Shown here piece by piece: positions 1-15,985 of a DNA stretch of 62,000 nt. Where the stretch lies: the NCBI GenBank assembly GCA_951406725.2, contig OX597821.1, forward strand, positions 102,196,001 through 102,258,000, read 5' to 3'. The notes beneath the pieces are model-generated. The model was given only the letters and a program-made list of their open reading frames with translations. It did no database searches and was not told where the DNA came from. The translations under genes and the position numbers were made by a program. The first letter of the stretch is position 1. Each line of letters begins with the position of its first letter. This DNA is from Octopus vulgaris. Taxonomy: Eukaryota.

Positions 1-2799
1 ATATTTTCTCTCCGATACATATAAAATGGATTATTGGATAGTTGGAACATGTAAAGAAAATTAATTCGGTCCAATTATACAATCTTATGTATCTACATAG
101 TTAAAACACACAAAGCAAATGTTAAATTGCTTGTTTACTCATCACTGGAAGTATTTTAATGAATTCACACTATGACAATTGAAGCAGTAGGGTTGTCAAC
201 CCTAAAGACAAGTCTTTCCAATAAAACCTGTTGAAACCTTATCAACATGCATGTATGTGATATATAGTACTTTTACAAGAAGCCTGGTGACAGTGACTTC
301 GAACTTTTGGTCTGCTAAATTTTGTTGGACTTCACCATGGTATGATGAAAGCTAGCTGAAACTTCAAAGTCACAAGTAAAATAAATATATACTTTGCAAA
401 AAGTATCAAGTTCAGTTTCATGTTGAACTGTTTTAAGTGCTAAAATTTGTTGAGTATGTAGGATATCTTATCTGTGCTTAACGGTTTAAACTGTTGCAAT
501 TATGTTGTCATTGAGTTACTTTGTACAGAAGGACCCTGTAAAATGCTAAGTCAGAAGCTGTTGCAGATCTCTTTCTTTGACACTTAAGTTTTCTCTTCCT
601 GATTATTCCCTAACCTCTTCTCTCTTCAGAAAGTTTTCTCTTTTCGCTTTAGCTGTCAACAAACAAAGTAAGTAAAAGACCATTTTGTAATTGTCAGTGC
701 TGTTATAGAAAGATAATCAATATTGATTTTTCTTACATTAGTTCAAGACTGCAATTTTTTTTTTTTTTTTTACAGAAGATGGATAATTTATTAATTTCAG
801 CTCCAATTCATCACCAGTACTTATTTTATCAGTTTTTGAGTGAAGGTCTGTTAGCAACAAGGATGTGAACAGAATGAAATAACGTAATGCACTCAATATT
901 ACATGTTGCCACTACTCCACGTTTCAAATTTTGGCACAAGGCCAGCAATTTTGTGGGAGAAGGAAGTCAATTGCATCACTCCCAGTGTTCAACTGATGCT
1001 TATTCTATTGATGCCTGAAAGGATAAAAGGCAAAGTTGACCCTGATGGATTTTGAACTTGCAACATTAAGTCTGAAGAAATGCTGCTAAGCATTTTGTCT
1101 GGTGTAGTAACGATCCTGCCAGCGCACTGCCCCTAGATTCAAGATATTAAAATTCAAAGCTAATACTCTGAAATTTGTAATTTACATCTTGTTGGTTCCT
1201 TAACCTTCTTGGTACCATATTTCTGTTGAGATACTCTGTATTTCTTAGAATTTATTAAAATTATCATTAAGCTAGGAACATCAATTGTAACTAAGGTTTG
1301 GTGGAAGATTTTAACTCAGAACTTTTGGAAATGAGACATTTGTACTACAGAACCAGTAGCAATTTTTAGGTGGGTTGGTATCAGTTAAATACTGAACATG
1401 GACAATCACCAGATTGTGCACAGTACTCTGTCCATTTACTGCACTATCTAAGCATAATAACTGAAGTAGCTCATGTAGAACTCTTGTATTCATTAAATGA
1501 TACTTAACCTCTCACCAGATTGAGTACATTTTACTGATTCTACCAAAAGCAAACAATACTATACATACAGGAAGTACTTTGTCCAATACGTTCTTTTATT
1601 TGTTAATATGGTTTGGAATTTGGCAGCTATTATCAGATATAGCAACTATGTAGAAGAGCTCTCATTAAAACAAAGGTCTGTATGTAATGAATGTTGCAGT
1701 TTGTGAAAAGAGAAACGAGGTGTAGGTTGGCAAGAAGAGATAGATGAACAGGTGGAGTGAAACCAGTAAGGTTGCATATGATGAAAGACTAGTGGAAAGT
1801 TTTGATGCAGATAAAGACTGTATTTGCCACTAGAAATTTAAAGGTGTCAATGTGTGGTAAATTAAAAAGAGGAGTACCCCTTTATTGTTGTAATTTGGGT
1901 AATAGCCAAAAGTTAATAACAAGTTAGGAATCGTAATATTTCTTTGCTGTGTTGAAGATCAAGCTTTTGTGATGCAGCATGGTAGCCACTAGCATAAATT
2001 GACTTTCAGATGATTTATGATTTTTTTTTTTTTAAGAATGAATGTCTGCAGGTTTTGTTAAAGCTCTATGCCAGTTCACAGGAGCCTGAATTATGCAATG
2101 TTTTGTCATAAAAACCAACTAGACAAATATGATGCATTTGGTTCTGCCAATTGACTGGTTCTCTCTGACCAGGCCATTAATACAAGGGAGATAACCGTTC
2201 CCTCTATGAAATGGCATTAGAAATTAGAATTTAAAACTGAGGAAGAAGATGCATAGTTCCCATATTTTATTTTGTCTGCTATGAAATTCTTTAAATTTCT
2301 TTGTCGATGGTAATCATGTATAGCACTATTTCATTCTTTTTAGTAATCTTCAACATGACATAACCGTTAATGCCCTAGATTACCTACCTGTGTGCAGGAA
2401 AAAATTATTGGTCTTTTTAAATGTAAAAATGAAAGGTCCTAAACTTTTAGTTTGAATTGATTTTATAATATAACTGATAAACAATAGTGTTAGTTACAGT
2501 TTTGTAAACAGACCAATCATTGCATTTCTGACAGTGACAGGTAACATAATTTGGTGCAAAGGTCTTTGTTTGAAGAACACCAGTTTTGTTTTCATTTTGT
2601 TTTGTTCCTGATGTTTACATCCTTTTACAATTTCTGCCCTCCAAATACCACTCCCAAGTTATTGATTAAAATCAATCTGCAGCTATTGTAGAAGACCCTT
2701 GTTCAAGGTAGTGTGTTTGAACTGCAAACTAACTTTCTTAACCATGTAATGATGTCTTATATATATATAAAATAAATGTCTTTATATATATATATGTAA

Positions 2800-2878
2800 A
2801 ATAAATTACAGCAGTGTTTAGGTATAAGAAACTTTGTTAGAATATGTTTGTGTTTAGAAGTTGAAATATGTCACAAGT

Positions 2879-2917
<39 letters not shown>

Positions 2918-3000
2918 CAGTAGTGTTTAGGTACAAACAAACTTTAGATTAGAATATGTTTGTTTAGAAGTTGAAGTGTATGACAAGTTCGTATATATAT
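2800..3000. repeat. Two-copy ~110 bp tandem duplication split by (TA)n
   Basis: attacag(c/t)agtgtttaggta..ttagaatatgtttg..tttagaagttgaa..acaagttc occurs at ~2804 and ~2914. Confidence 0.8.
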
Positions 3001-6000
3001 TTATATTACAAGTAATGTTTGATGACATAAGATAATAGATGTACTTTATTTTAATATATAAGAACAAAATATCAGTGATTAGTTACATCACCTTACATTT
3101 CAGTAACAAAAAATGGTTACATAATACATTTTTGATTAAATAATTTACATTATAAAGTCTTCAGAGATGTGTAACATTACTAGATTGTTGAATTGTTGAC
3201 TGAATTAACCCTCATAGGGATGGGAACAAATGGATGCTATGCATGTGGTGGTTATTTCTATCAACAATTTGACAATTCAGCAATGTAGCATATAAAGGTT
3301 ACACATCTCTGAAGATTTGTCTATACATTTTGATAGTAATTTACATTGTGAAACATTATTTTGTTAAAGAAATGTACGTAAGATGATGTAACTAAATGGC
3401 TTATAAGCAATCTCTTGTTTTTTTGTTTTATTTCCTACATGTACTCTCTGACCTACTCAAACTCTGGTTTCATGCCAAATAATGCAAGTATGATAACAGG
3501 AATGAAAATATACATGGAGTTCTAAATTCTGGTTATTTGTCATGCCATTTTAAATTGGCTCACACACACACACAGGTTATATTCTGTTAAGAACATAGTG
3601 GAGTACAATATAAAGCTCGTCCACCTTCAGATTTCATCCAGTGCTATCCAACAGTAGTATTATACCTACTGCCAGATTTGTGTTGTGTGTGAATGGATAA
3701 TTGAATAAGTTGGAGTCTACAAGGAGTACAGAAGAACATTTATTTGTAATCACTACAATTGTTTCCATGCAATGTAGTTCTCTAGGTTTGCAGGTATTTG
3801 ATTATGTAATTGTTTCACTGCATTATGAGATGTTTCATCAGGTGATATATATATTGTTTCTGTGTTCTGTAAACTTCAATTTTCAACTTCAACTGTATCC
3901 TTTCTGTCTGTTGTGGCTATATGTGGTAGCAGTAACCACTCCATATATGAAAATGCGTGTATGTAGTTAGATATGGATAAAATTATTTCAAGATTTTACC
4001 AAATGTGTAAAAATAGTAAAATACTAAATCAGGTGTGTGGCTATTTTGGAGCATATTTTTAAAATTTATTTTAATTTTTTAATCAATATTTCTTTTTTAA
4101 AATTATTGAAAATTCACTTGTTGATCTCTAATTTAGGATGTAATTAGAATAATGATGGTGTTTGGTTCCAGAGCATTTCTGGTAGAGCAGGCAGATCCAT
4201 GATCAGAAACCTCCCATCTTTGATCATCCCCATCATCTTTCATTGAGACGTAATACATCTAGGACTATATTATCTAACATGTCATTTCTGTTTTTGAAAC
4301 AGCATTTATTTGCGAGAAATTTGACTGTTATTTCTAGCAGATTCAGCAACCTTGTAGAAGCTCCCTTATTGCAATTTTTTTCATAAATGAGGTATGTTAC
4401 CCTTGTTTGGTCTACTTCTGTTTGTTTGAATGCTTTTGACACCCTTGCATAGGGTATTTATCTTTCACCTTCTACTTGCTTCCTTCATCAGACTTAGGCC
4501 ATGCTGGAGCATTGCATTGAAGGGTTTTGGTTGATCAAATTGACCCCAGTACATATTTTCATAAGTCTGATTCATAGTCTTTTGCCAAACTACTAACTTA
4601 CGGTGATGTAAACAAACCAATACCGGTTGTCAAGTTGTGGTGGCAGGGACAAACACAAAGATGCACACATACACGCATGCACAAACACACATACATAAAT
4701 ATATGTATATATGACTGGACTCCACACAGTTTCCGTCATATTCATTCACAAGGCATTGATTTACCCAGAGCTGTAGTAGAAGGCGCCCAAGTTGCTGCAC
4801 TGTGAGATTGAATCCATAAGCATATGGCGATGGGGTGAGCTTGTTAACCACACAGCCTTGCCTTCACTTATATTTTGAATGTCTGAAGGGAAAAATGCTA
4901 CTATAACATTGAATGGGGCTTTCTCTGGGCAAAAGTTAAACTGTATGAGGAATATGTAAGAGGAATGATGTTTTTATGTATTTCTGAGGTGAGGAATTGA
5001 TGTGGCTGCACTGCATTAACCATTATGCTATGCCTGTAAGCAGTGACTGAATTTTAAAGCCTTATAAACCTCCATTGATGTCTTATGTTGGCTCCATACC
5101 GATTGGATAATGCAATTCTATAATTCTGTCACTGCCTGTGAGTATAGCATAGTGGATAAAAGCATTGGTTAATGCAGTGTAGTCATTTGGTGAATCACAA
5201 AAGACTTGAAGAAGGTTGGAGTACACAACAGCCAAAATGTAGTGAAAGCAACAACCAGGACCAGGATACCAGTTGGACTTAGGTAAACAGTGTACGTAAC
5301 AATAACTTTTGTTTTGGGGTTATAGGCACAGGTATGGCTGTGTGGTTAAGATTATTTTGCAACCATGTGGTTTCAGGGTCAGTCTCATTACATAGCACCT
5401 TGGCCAAGTGCCTTCTACTATAGCCCCAGGACAACCAATGCCTTGTGAGTGAATTTGGTTGGAAGAAACTATGCAGAAGCTCACCTTGTGTTTGTGTGAG
5501 TCTTTGAGGCTGTGTCTCACCACCACTACTCAACTGGTGTCTATTTACATCCCCATTACTTTACAATCTGGCAAAGAGACCAATAGAATAGGTACTAGAC
5601 TTTAAATAAATACTGTAGGTGTTTTGTTTGACTAAAAACTTTTTAAGGCGATGCCCCAGCATGGTTGCAGTTCAGTGACTGAAACGAGTAAAAAAAATAT
5701 ATATTCTTTTGTTATTTCTAAAATCATCCAAAGGGTTTAATAATTTGGGTTTATGAAGTGTTAAAGAAAATTAAAACAAAAAATTTTTTTTGCAAAACTG
5801 AAAATAACACATTTTTCTCAAAATTTTTGACAGAAGTCATGAGAAGACTTGTATTGTGATTCCAGAATGTTGATAAATGTAAATCTGCTGAGACTTTAGA
5901 TAAATAATTTAAGCATGGTCTGGTCCCTTGCATGTAGAGAGTGAACTTGCAGAAATGATAGCTAACAAAAGAGCTGACAAATTCTTGGAAATTAAAGATA

Positions 6001-6499
6001 AGGCTGCCATTGTTGCTTAACCCTGTGTCTAACTTGGACCAAAAACTTAACTTCATCGACCAGTTCAACACCACCACCTGATATTTGGGTGCCTATAGCA
6101 GAGTCCACTCTGTCATAAGCATTTGGACCAAGTCTCTAGTTTGAGAGCAATCCCTGCACTAATTGTAGGGACCTTGAGAAAGAGTTAGAAATGCTACCCT
6201 TTTTCCTGAGTCGTGGATTGGCAGGATCATTACAGCAAATGTTCTGTGGTATTTATTCTAGCTCTTTACATTTCAGAGTTCAAACTCCACAAAGGTCAGC
6301 TTTGTCTTTCATCCTTCCAGAGTTGATAAAATAAAGTATCACTCAAGTATTGTATCCAATTTAGTTGACTAACACCCTCTTGTAAATTTCAATCCTTGTA
6401 CTTATGTTGGAAATAATTTTTATCATAAAGCAGCAAATTTGGCCAACTCAATAAAACATCAAAAACAATATCATTACAATTTTCTTCAGGTTGAGTAGC

Positions 6500-6860
6500 C
6501 CATCCTGCTCAAATGCTTCTTGAATAAGGATGTTGAATGAAACACCTATGTTTCCAAAGGGGAATTATCCAAACCCAAAGAATTCTTCTCAACACATGGC
6601 TGTGATGCTCCCCAACTACTTCTGTTCATGATCAGAGATACACATATTTTCAGCCACTAAGGGACATGTCCAACTGGTTACGGTCAAACAACTGACAAGC
6701 AAATATGTGTTATTGAGCAGAGTATTTGCTGTAGCCCATCTTTTATACGAAGACAAAACAATGTATATGATAACACTTCCAATTAGTTAAGATCAAAAGC
6801 CATGAGAGTCACTGCCTGGAACCACATCAGGGCATTTATTATTATTATTATTATTATTGT
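6500..6860 (+). mobile_element. Interspersed repeat with (ATT)n tail
   Basis: A reverse-complement copy lies at about 45225-45590 (GATGCTCCCC..CTACTTCTG..CATGATCAGAGAT shared). Confidence 0.7.
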
Positions 6861-7254
6861 TGTTATTACCTTCACCTTAGCAGAGGTATTGTTTTCATTT
6901 GTGTTTGTTTGTTTGTCCATGGACAAGATATCTCAAGAATGCTGGATGGATTCAGATGAAACTTTCGGGGATGTTTGGCCTTGTGATTGGCACAAACTTA
7001 GATTTTGGGATCGATGCCGTACTGGACAAGGATTCTGGATTATTTTTCCTGGTTTTTTACTTAATTTTTGAGAGCAGTTGGGTTCACTTTTAGTATTCAA
7101 TTTTAGCATACAGATATTCTCATTTTAAAAATCATTTCTGGCTAATTGTTGAGAGGATGTTGGTGTTGCCTTTGTGGAGGTTTTTCTCTCTCTGAGTACT
7201 CATTATTATTATTATTTGGTGGCAAGCTGGCAGAACCATTAGCAGGCCAAGCAA

Positions 7255-7655
7255 AATGCTTACTCTCTTTTACTTGTTTCAGACATTTGACTGCGGCCAT
7301 GCTGGAGCACCGCTTTTTAGTCGAGCAAATCAACCCCAGGACTTATTCTTTGTAAGCCTAGTACTTATTCTATCGGTCTCTTTTGTCGAACCGCTAAATT
7401 GCGGGGATGTAAACACATCACCATCGGTTGTCAAATGATATTGGGGGGACAAACACACACACAAACATACACTCACACACACATACACATATATACGACG
7501 GGCTTTCAGTTTCTGTCTACCAAATCCACTCACAAGGCTTTGGTTGGCCCGAGGCTATTGTAGAAGACACTTGCCCAAGATGCCACGCAGTGGGAATGAA
7601 CCCAGAACCATGTGGTTGGTAAACAAGCTACTTACCACACAGCCACTCCTGCGCT
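7255..7655 (-). mobile_element. SINE family A copy
   Basis: Reverse complement of the 46698-47175 element. Other copies at about 4490-4860(-), 5325-5690(+), 37620-37985(-), 61715-62000(-). Confidence 0.85.
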
Positions 7656-8919
7656 TAGCAGTATTCCTTCCATCTTTACCCTCTGAGTTCATATTTCCAT
7701 TGAGGTTGACTTTACCTTTCATCCCTTCTGGGTTGATAAAATAAGTACTGCTGGCCTTGTGCCAAAATTTGAAACCAAAGGAGTCGAGCTGGCAGAATTG
7801 TTAGTTCGCTGGGCAGAATGCTTAGTGGTATTTCGTCTGCTTTTATGTCCTGAGTTCAAATTCTGCCAAGGTTAACTTTGCCTTTCATCTTTTTGGGGTC
7901 AATAAAATAAGATATGCACTGGGGTTGATGTGATTGACTTACCCCTCCCCTGTAATTGCTGGCCTTGTGCTAAAATTTGAAATCATATTATTATATACAT
8001 ATTTGTGTTTATATATATATATAATATGGATACTGGCCTCGTGCCGGTGGCACGTAAAAAGCACCACCCGATCGTGGCCGTTGCCAGCCTCGCCTGGCAC
8101 CTGTGCCAGTGGCATGTAAAAGCACCCACTACACTCACGGAGTGATTGGCATTAGGAAGGGCATCCAGCTGTAGAAACATTGCCAGATCAGACTGGGCCT
8201 GGTGCAGCCTTCTGGCTTCCCAGACCCCAGTTGAACTGTCCAACCCATGCTAGCATGGAAAGCGGATGCTAAACGATGATGATATATATATATATATAGT
8301 ATGTATGCATATATATGTATACCCATGTATATATATATGTGTGTACATTCACTTAATACCTGATCAATGGACGGAGGAAAATATGGACAGAAATTCTCAT
8401 TTTATGTTTCAGCTGATATTCGGATGGCTTAAGTTGCATTATTAAAATTTCAATGATTTATATTTTTAAATCTATATAGGTTTTATTGTGTGTATTTACA
8501 TATGCATGTGCATTTTTATACATCTGCACATATATATAAATAATGTAAATATATGTGTGTGTGTGTGTGTGTGTGTATCATTAGAAATCAAGCAAAATAT
8601 TGTATTTATGTATATAATATCATACAAATTAAAAACATTGTGAGAAAGTAAAAAAGTACTCCACTTTTCTCATCTTTGCCTTCTCTTTTCTTTATTCTCA
8701 CACACTGTCTTTTTTTCTTACTTTCTGTTTCTTTATTACCCTATCTCACCCTCTTAGTTAAAGGAGGAAGAACAGATAAGGAAAGAAAAGTGTGTGACAT
8801 ATGGCCTCTTTATTAGTAATAAAGAAGAGAAAAGTTTCTAGCATTTAAGATAAAACAAAATAAATCAGCTATAGATAAAGCTCCCTTGGTCTTAATTGTT
8901 ATTCTTAGGACTTTATCAT

Positions 8920-9300
8920 TGTGTATAATGTATAACACTTCAGTCCTTAAATACTTGAAGTGCCAGATTCAGGACTTTATTGTATCCATTAGAGCCACAG
9001 AATGCAAGAAAGCCAACCTTCAAATCAAGGAGGTTATCCTAATCAAGAAGCTGAAACCAGTATTAGACAACAAATAAGAAGTACTAGAAGCAGACTGACT
9101 ACTATAACAGCTGCAGTATGTGCATGTCACTACCCTATCCCACATATCTGAGTAATGTTAATAGCTTTATTCCGTCATTAATTTCTCCACGTGTCCTGAT
9201 GAAGAGGTCCTCACCCAAAATATCAAAGAAATACAGGTAAAGCTTCTACTGTTCTGTTTTGAGTTTTGTGTTTCATTTTGCATTGTTTCAGCATTAACAA
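8920..9300 (+). mobile_element. Penelope-like element remnant (GIY-YIG C-terminus plus 3' region)
   Basis: FIVSIRATECKKANLQIKEVILIKKLKPVLDNK resembles the PLE endonuclease end (L.I.E...I....P.LN). Confidence 0.6.
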
Positions 9301-12300
9301 TTTATCTAATGTACATGTGTGTGTGTGTGTGTGTGTGTGTATCATCATCGTTTAACGTCAGTTTTCCGTGCTAGCATGGGTTGGACGGTTTGAACGGGAT
9401 CTGGGAAGCCAGGAGGCTGCACCAAGCTCCAGTCTGATCTGGCAGTGTTTCTACAGCTGGATGCCCTTCCTAACGCCAACCACTCCATGAGTGTAGTCAA
9501 TATATATATATATATATATATTCACACACACACGTCTGTGTGTGTGTATATAAGAATTTGTGTTGTAGCTAATCTATTGATATCAATGTGAATGTCAACA
9601 TGTTTGTGTGTTAAATGTAATCTATTAACTTCCCACTCTTTTTTCCCCTCATGCATACTCTCTGTAACTCTCTAACTTCCTCTTCTAATTAAGCACACAC
9701 TTTCTTTATCTTTCTCTTATCATACTTGTTTCTTTCCTTATCTCTTCCTTCTCTTTCATCTCAACAGCTGCACATTATAGACCTTTTCAGTTAACTTCCT
9801 ATGAGACAAATAGACACAACACAAATTTGTATATTAGAAGTAGTTGTTAGTTTCTTTTACCAATGAACAGTAGTGGTGAGTATTTCAAAAGTATGGTTGC
9901 CAGAGTAAGCACAAGGACAGAAAAAAGTTCAGGAATCTATTACTTCCGCTGGCAGCAAATGAAGACTTTCTCTCTCTGTGAACAAAGGATTGATTTGGCA
10001 ATGCTTATGTATGAAGTGCTGCATTGCATGATAGCAAAATACAGGCATTGAATGCTTAAGCGAGAAAGCAGTAAAGCAAGCGTGGTCTGCTGGTGTTATT
10101 GTGCATCATCATCATCGTTTTTATGTCCACTTGCATGGCTCAGATGGAATTTGTTGAGGTAGTTTTCTATGGCCAGAAGCTCTTCTCATCACTAATTGTC
10201 ACCTGTTTACAAGCAAGGTGGTATTTCCCCATACTAGGTATATTTTCAGGGAAGAAATGAATGATAGAGCTTGTATGACAGTGATGATTGCTTACAATTA
10301 TCACACAATGTCAAGACAAAACAGATACAAACACACAAACATGCACACATACACATACAACAATGGTTTTGCTCTTCAAACTTATTGAAGAGGAATATGC
10401 ATCCACCATTGAGTCTGACAAGTCATCTATAAGGCCTAGTGCTTTATGGATGCAAAACCATTGGTTACTCTATGACCGGACATATATTTAACTGCTTATA
10501 TATATATATGGAGCAAATAATTTATGAGAAAAATAATTCGCGAAAATATAATTTGCAAAGATATCATTGACTCTGTTATTATCTAGTGTAACAATTTAAA
10601 AGTAACAGAATCAATAATATAGGTGATTGCAGGCCCTAAAAAGGATTAAAATGAATCAAAGGACATACTAAGTATGTCTACCTGCTGGAAATAACAGTTA
10701 AAACTCTTATTTAAGTAAAAAAACTTTTTAAACAAGAGTTTTGACTGTTATTTCCAACAGGTAGACATACTTAGTATGTCCCTTGATTAATTTTAATCCT
10801 TCCACTATATATATAGAAGAAATTATATAAACAATAAGTAAACAAGAAATTGTAATTAGCTTACTGATGTTTCTGCTATAAAATGCAATGCGCTCATAGT
10901 TGAGTGTTTGTGTATCAATGTATATCTTTGTTAGAGCTCCAAAAATAAAGTGCAATTTTAATTGAGAAAGCATTTGTATTTCAGAAAACAAACAAAAAAT
11001 TGTAATAAGCCGAAGCCAGTGCCGACTGGCTTCCATAAAATGCACCAATCCAACCGTGGCCGATGCCAGCCTCGCCTGGCACCAGTGCAGGTGGCACGTA
11101 AAAAGCACCCACTACACTCACGGAGTGGTTGGCGTTAGGAAGGGCATCCAGCTGTAGAAACTTTGCCAGATAAGACCGGAGCCTGGTGCAGCCTTCTGGC
11201 TTCCCAGATCCCCGGTCGAACTGCCCAACCCATGCTAGCATGGAGAATGGACGTTAAACGATGATGATGATAGTATAAAGTCTGAAGGATAAAAGCCACT
11301 CACAGAAATACATAGATTTAGATAATTTTGTATATGTATGGGTATAGAGATAGGCATATGTTGACCCCCTGTGTCAATAACTATTTATAGGCATACATAA
11401 AATGTAGACAGAATATCTATGTCTGGCCATGGGAAATATTTCCCATAGAGATATTATCTTGCTTGGAAATGAAGGCTGGGGACAGGAAGGGTATCCGGCC
11501 ATAGAAGTCTGCTTCAATATATTTCAACTGAGCCATTTAAACATGAAAAAGTTGACATTGAAATAATAATGATGATGATGGTGATGTGTGTGTGTCCCTC
11601 TCTTTCCCTCCCTCCCCCTCTCTATATATATGCACACACACACACACACACACACACATTGATATTTGTGCATGAATATGTATATATGTGTGGAAATATA
11701 GTATTTGTACATGTATGTATACAAATTATTCTTTACTCACACACACATACACATATATATACACACACACACATCATGGTGGCATAGCTGTCTGTTATTA
11801 TTGAACAACTTGAAAATGTCCAGACAGTAATTAAGATAGTATGTTTTGCTTCCAACACAATAGAAGGGACAAGAAATTTGTCTTGTTTTGCACCGAGATT
11901 TTGGGTCACCACAGTAAAACTTGGCACAAGTTTATGTACAGTGCAGCACTGCCACCACCATCGCAACCACCACCACCACCACTACCATTACTATCCCCAC
12001 TACACTGAACACTACTAATACCACCACCACCAATATCAATGCTGCCACCACCTCCAACACAAAGGCAACCATCAAGGAGCTTAAACTAATAAAAGAGTCT
12101 GCTGAAAATAGCAGCCAAATCTCCATCAAATCACACCCTTACATTTAAAAAAAAACACTTGTTGGATAATATAGTCCTGGATTACCAGCTCATAGAAAAA
12201 TAATTGGTTGGTCATAACTGGAATGCCTTTGATCATAGGCGGCCTGGGGTTAAACTACAACATCAAAACAACAATGAAATAAATCATGGGGATGTGTTTC

Positions 12301-12382
12301 TTTAACCCATTTCTGTACTACCATTATATATATGATGGACTCTCCCATCGGTTTTGACATATGAAGATTATATATATATATA

Positions 12383-12548
12383 TAGGTGTAGGTATGGGTG
12401 TGTGGTAAGTAGCTTGCTTAAGAACCACATGGTTCCGGGTTCAGTCCCACTGCGTGGCACCTTGGGTAAGTGTCTTCTACTATAGCCTCGGGCCAACCAA
12501 AGCCTTGTGAGTGGATTTAGTAGACGGAAACTGAAAGAAGCTTGTCAT
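12383..12548 (+). mobile_element. SINE family A 5' half (3' half at 15743-15930)
   Basis: Head and core to ..GAAACTGAAAGAAGC; the matching tail resumes after 3.2 kb. Confidence 0.75.
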
Positions 12549-14310
<1,762 letters not shown>

Positions 14311-14602
14311 AAAAACTTATTTGGAGGAAACGAAACGAAACAACGCGAGGGCGCTCAGTCATACAATAGTGTAATAAATAAAATATATGCATACATACAT
14401 ACATATATGTACATACCTACATGTATATATACGTGAGTACAGGACACCACAAATAGACGTAGAACTCAACGAGAAACGAAAACGTAAAAACAAACATGGA
14501 AACAGACCTTTTGTTAACAACGAAAAAACAGTACAAGACAAACAACACAAGGAAAATTTCCCTTCATCAGCTGTCCCTAGTACGACTCCATGCGTGTTTC
14601 GA

Positions 14603-14666
<64 letters not shown>

Positions 14667-14668
<2 letters not shown>

Positions 14669-15742
14669 TAGCAGTATCACCCGGTGTTGCTTGGGTTTGT
14701 TTTGACCCTTTAGAATTGGAATTTTTGAAAAGTAAAAATTTTGCATTATGCAACTTGTTATTCTCTTCAAGTGAACATTTTTCCAGTTGAAATACACCGA
14801 AAAATGGTGACACAGCAGTCAAAAATCGTAAAAAATAGGAATTTTCATAGAAAAAAAAGCACCTTTTTGATGTAAATAATTTTTGGTGTTAACATGGTCC
14901 GATTTGAATTTTATCTTCTACAGAATGAAGAGCAAGCCTTCTTCTATCGTACTCTCAATTTTGGTCAACTTGCGCTGCAGGGTCTCGAAGGAGATAGTGT
15001 TAGTTGAAGGCTACCAAACCTGCCACACACAGACAACTTCAGCTTTATATATATAGATTTGCTACACACTACTTTCCATCCTTAATAACGAAACTTTGTA
15101 GATCCAAAAGTTAAACACACAGACACACAAGTTGAGTTTTATATATATATATAGATTTTTCAACGGGGATTTCAGGGGAGAGTTTCAGGAAGTCACTGGC
15201 GATGTATCGTGATGATCAAAAATCCGGCCTGCTAAAATTTGGTTAAAGTGATTCAGACTGCAGACTCAACGCAAAATGGTCACATTTAATTCAAAGCGTT
15301 AAAAATGTTATGAAAACAATTGGTATGTGTTCACAAAGTCCAAATGATTAATACGAAAAAACCCTCCAGGCTACATCCCGAAAATTAATTTCTTTGCTGA
15401 ATTTCTACAATGTTTACGGTGATTCGTTTTTATATCTTGATTTTTTATTTTTCATGCAATTTATGCATGCTTACACGCATGGTGAACAAACAGCTGACTG
15501 AGTAAAGTTCACTATTCAATGCATGGGATAAGGCCTAAACAAACACATTATCGATTTTTGCACTTGCAAAATGAATTTTGGAACAGAAATAGCGCAGTTC
15601 AATTTTCATTCGCCTAAACTTTAAGTGACCCATTTTTGGTGGTTCTACGATTTGTTGGCTAGGAGATGTGCTGGGAAGTTAAGCACAGACACACACACAG
15701 ATACACACACAGACACACAAGTTGAGTTTTATATATATAGAT
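14667..15742. mobile_element. Helentron-associated non-autonomous (HINE/DINE-1-like) elements, tandem ends
   Basis: ACTAGCAGTATCACCCGGTGTTGCTTGGG at one end; three ..CACAGAC..TTTATATATATAGAT termini ending at 15058, 15156 and 15742. Confidence 0.6.
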
Positions 15743-15949
15743 GTTTGTGTGTCTGTCCCCCACCACACCCCAACATCGCTTGACAACCAGTGCTGGTGTG
15801 TTTATATCCCCATAATTTAGTGGTTCAGCAAAAGAGACTGATAGAATAAGTCCTGGGGTTGATTTGCTTGACTAAAAGCGTTGCTCCAGCATGGCAACAG
15901 TCAAATGACTGAAACAAAAGAGTAAAGAGTATATATACACACACACATG

Positions 15950-15985
<36 letters not shown>

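Noticed and set aside
5938-6020. Possible terminal exon SELAEMIANKRADKFLEIKDKAAIVA*
   Set aside because: Weak acceptor, no recognisable homology and no phase link to the other candidates.
14550-14604. Hammerhead ribozyme: minus-strand CGAAAC (14601-14596) and CTGATGA (14570-14564)
   Set aside because: I could not form stems I and III by hand. CTGATGA motifs at ~9196, 52242 and 52414 lack a downstream GAAA. An Infernal search with Rfam hammerhead models would settle it.
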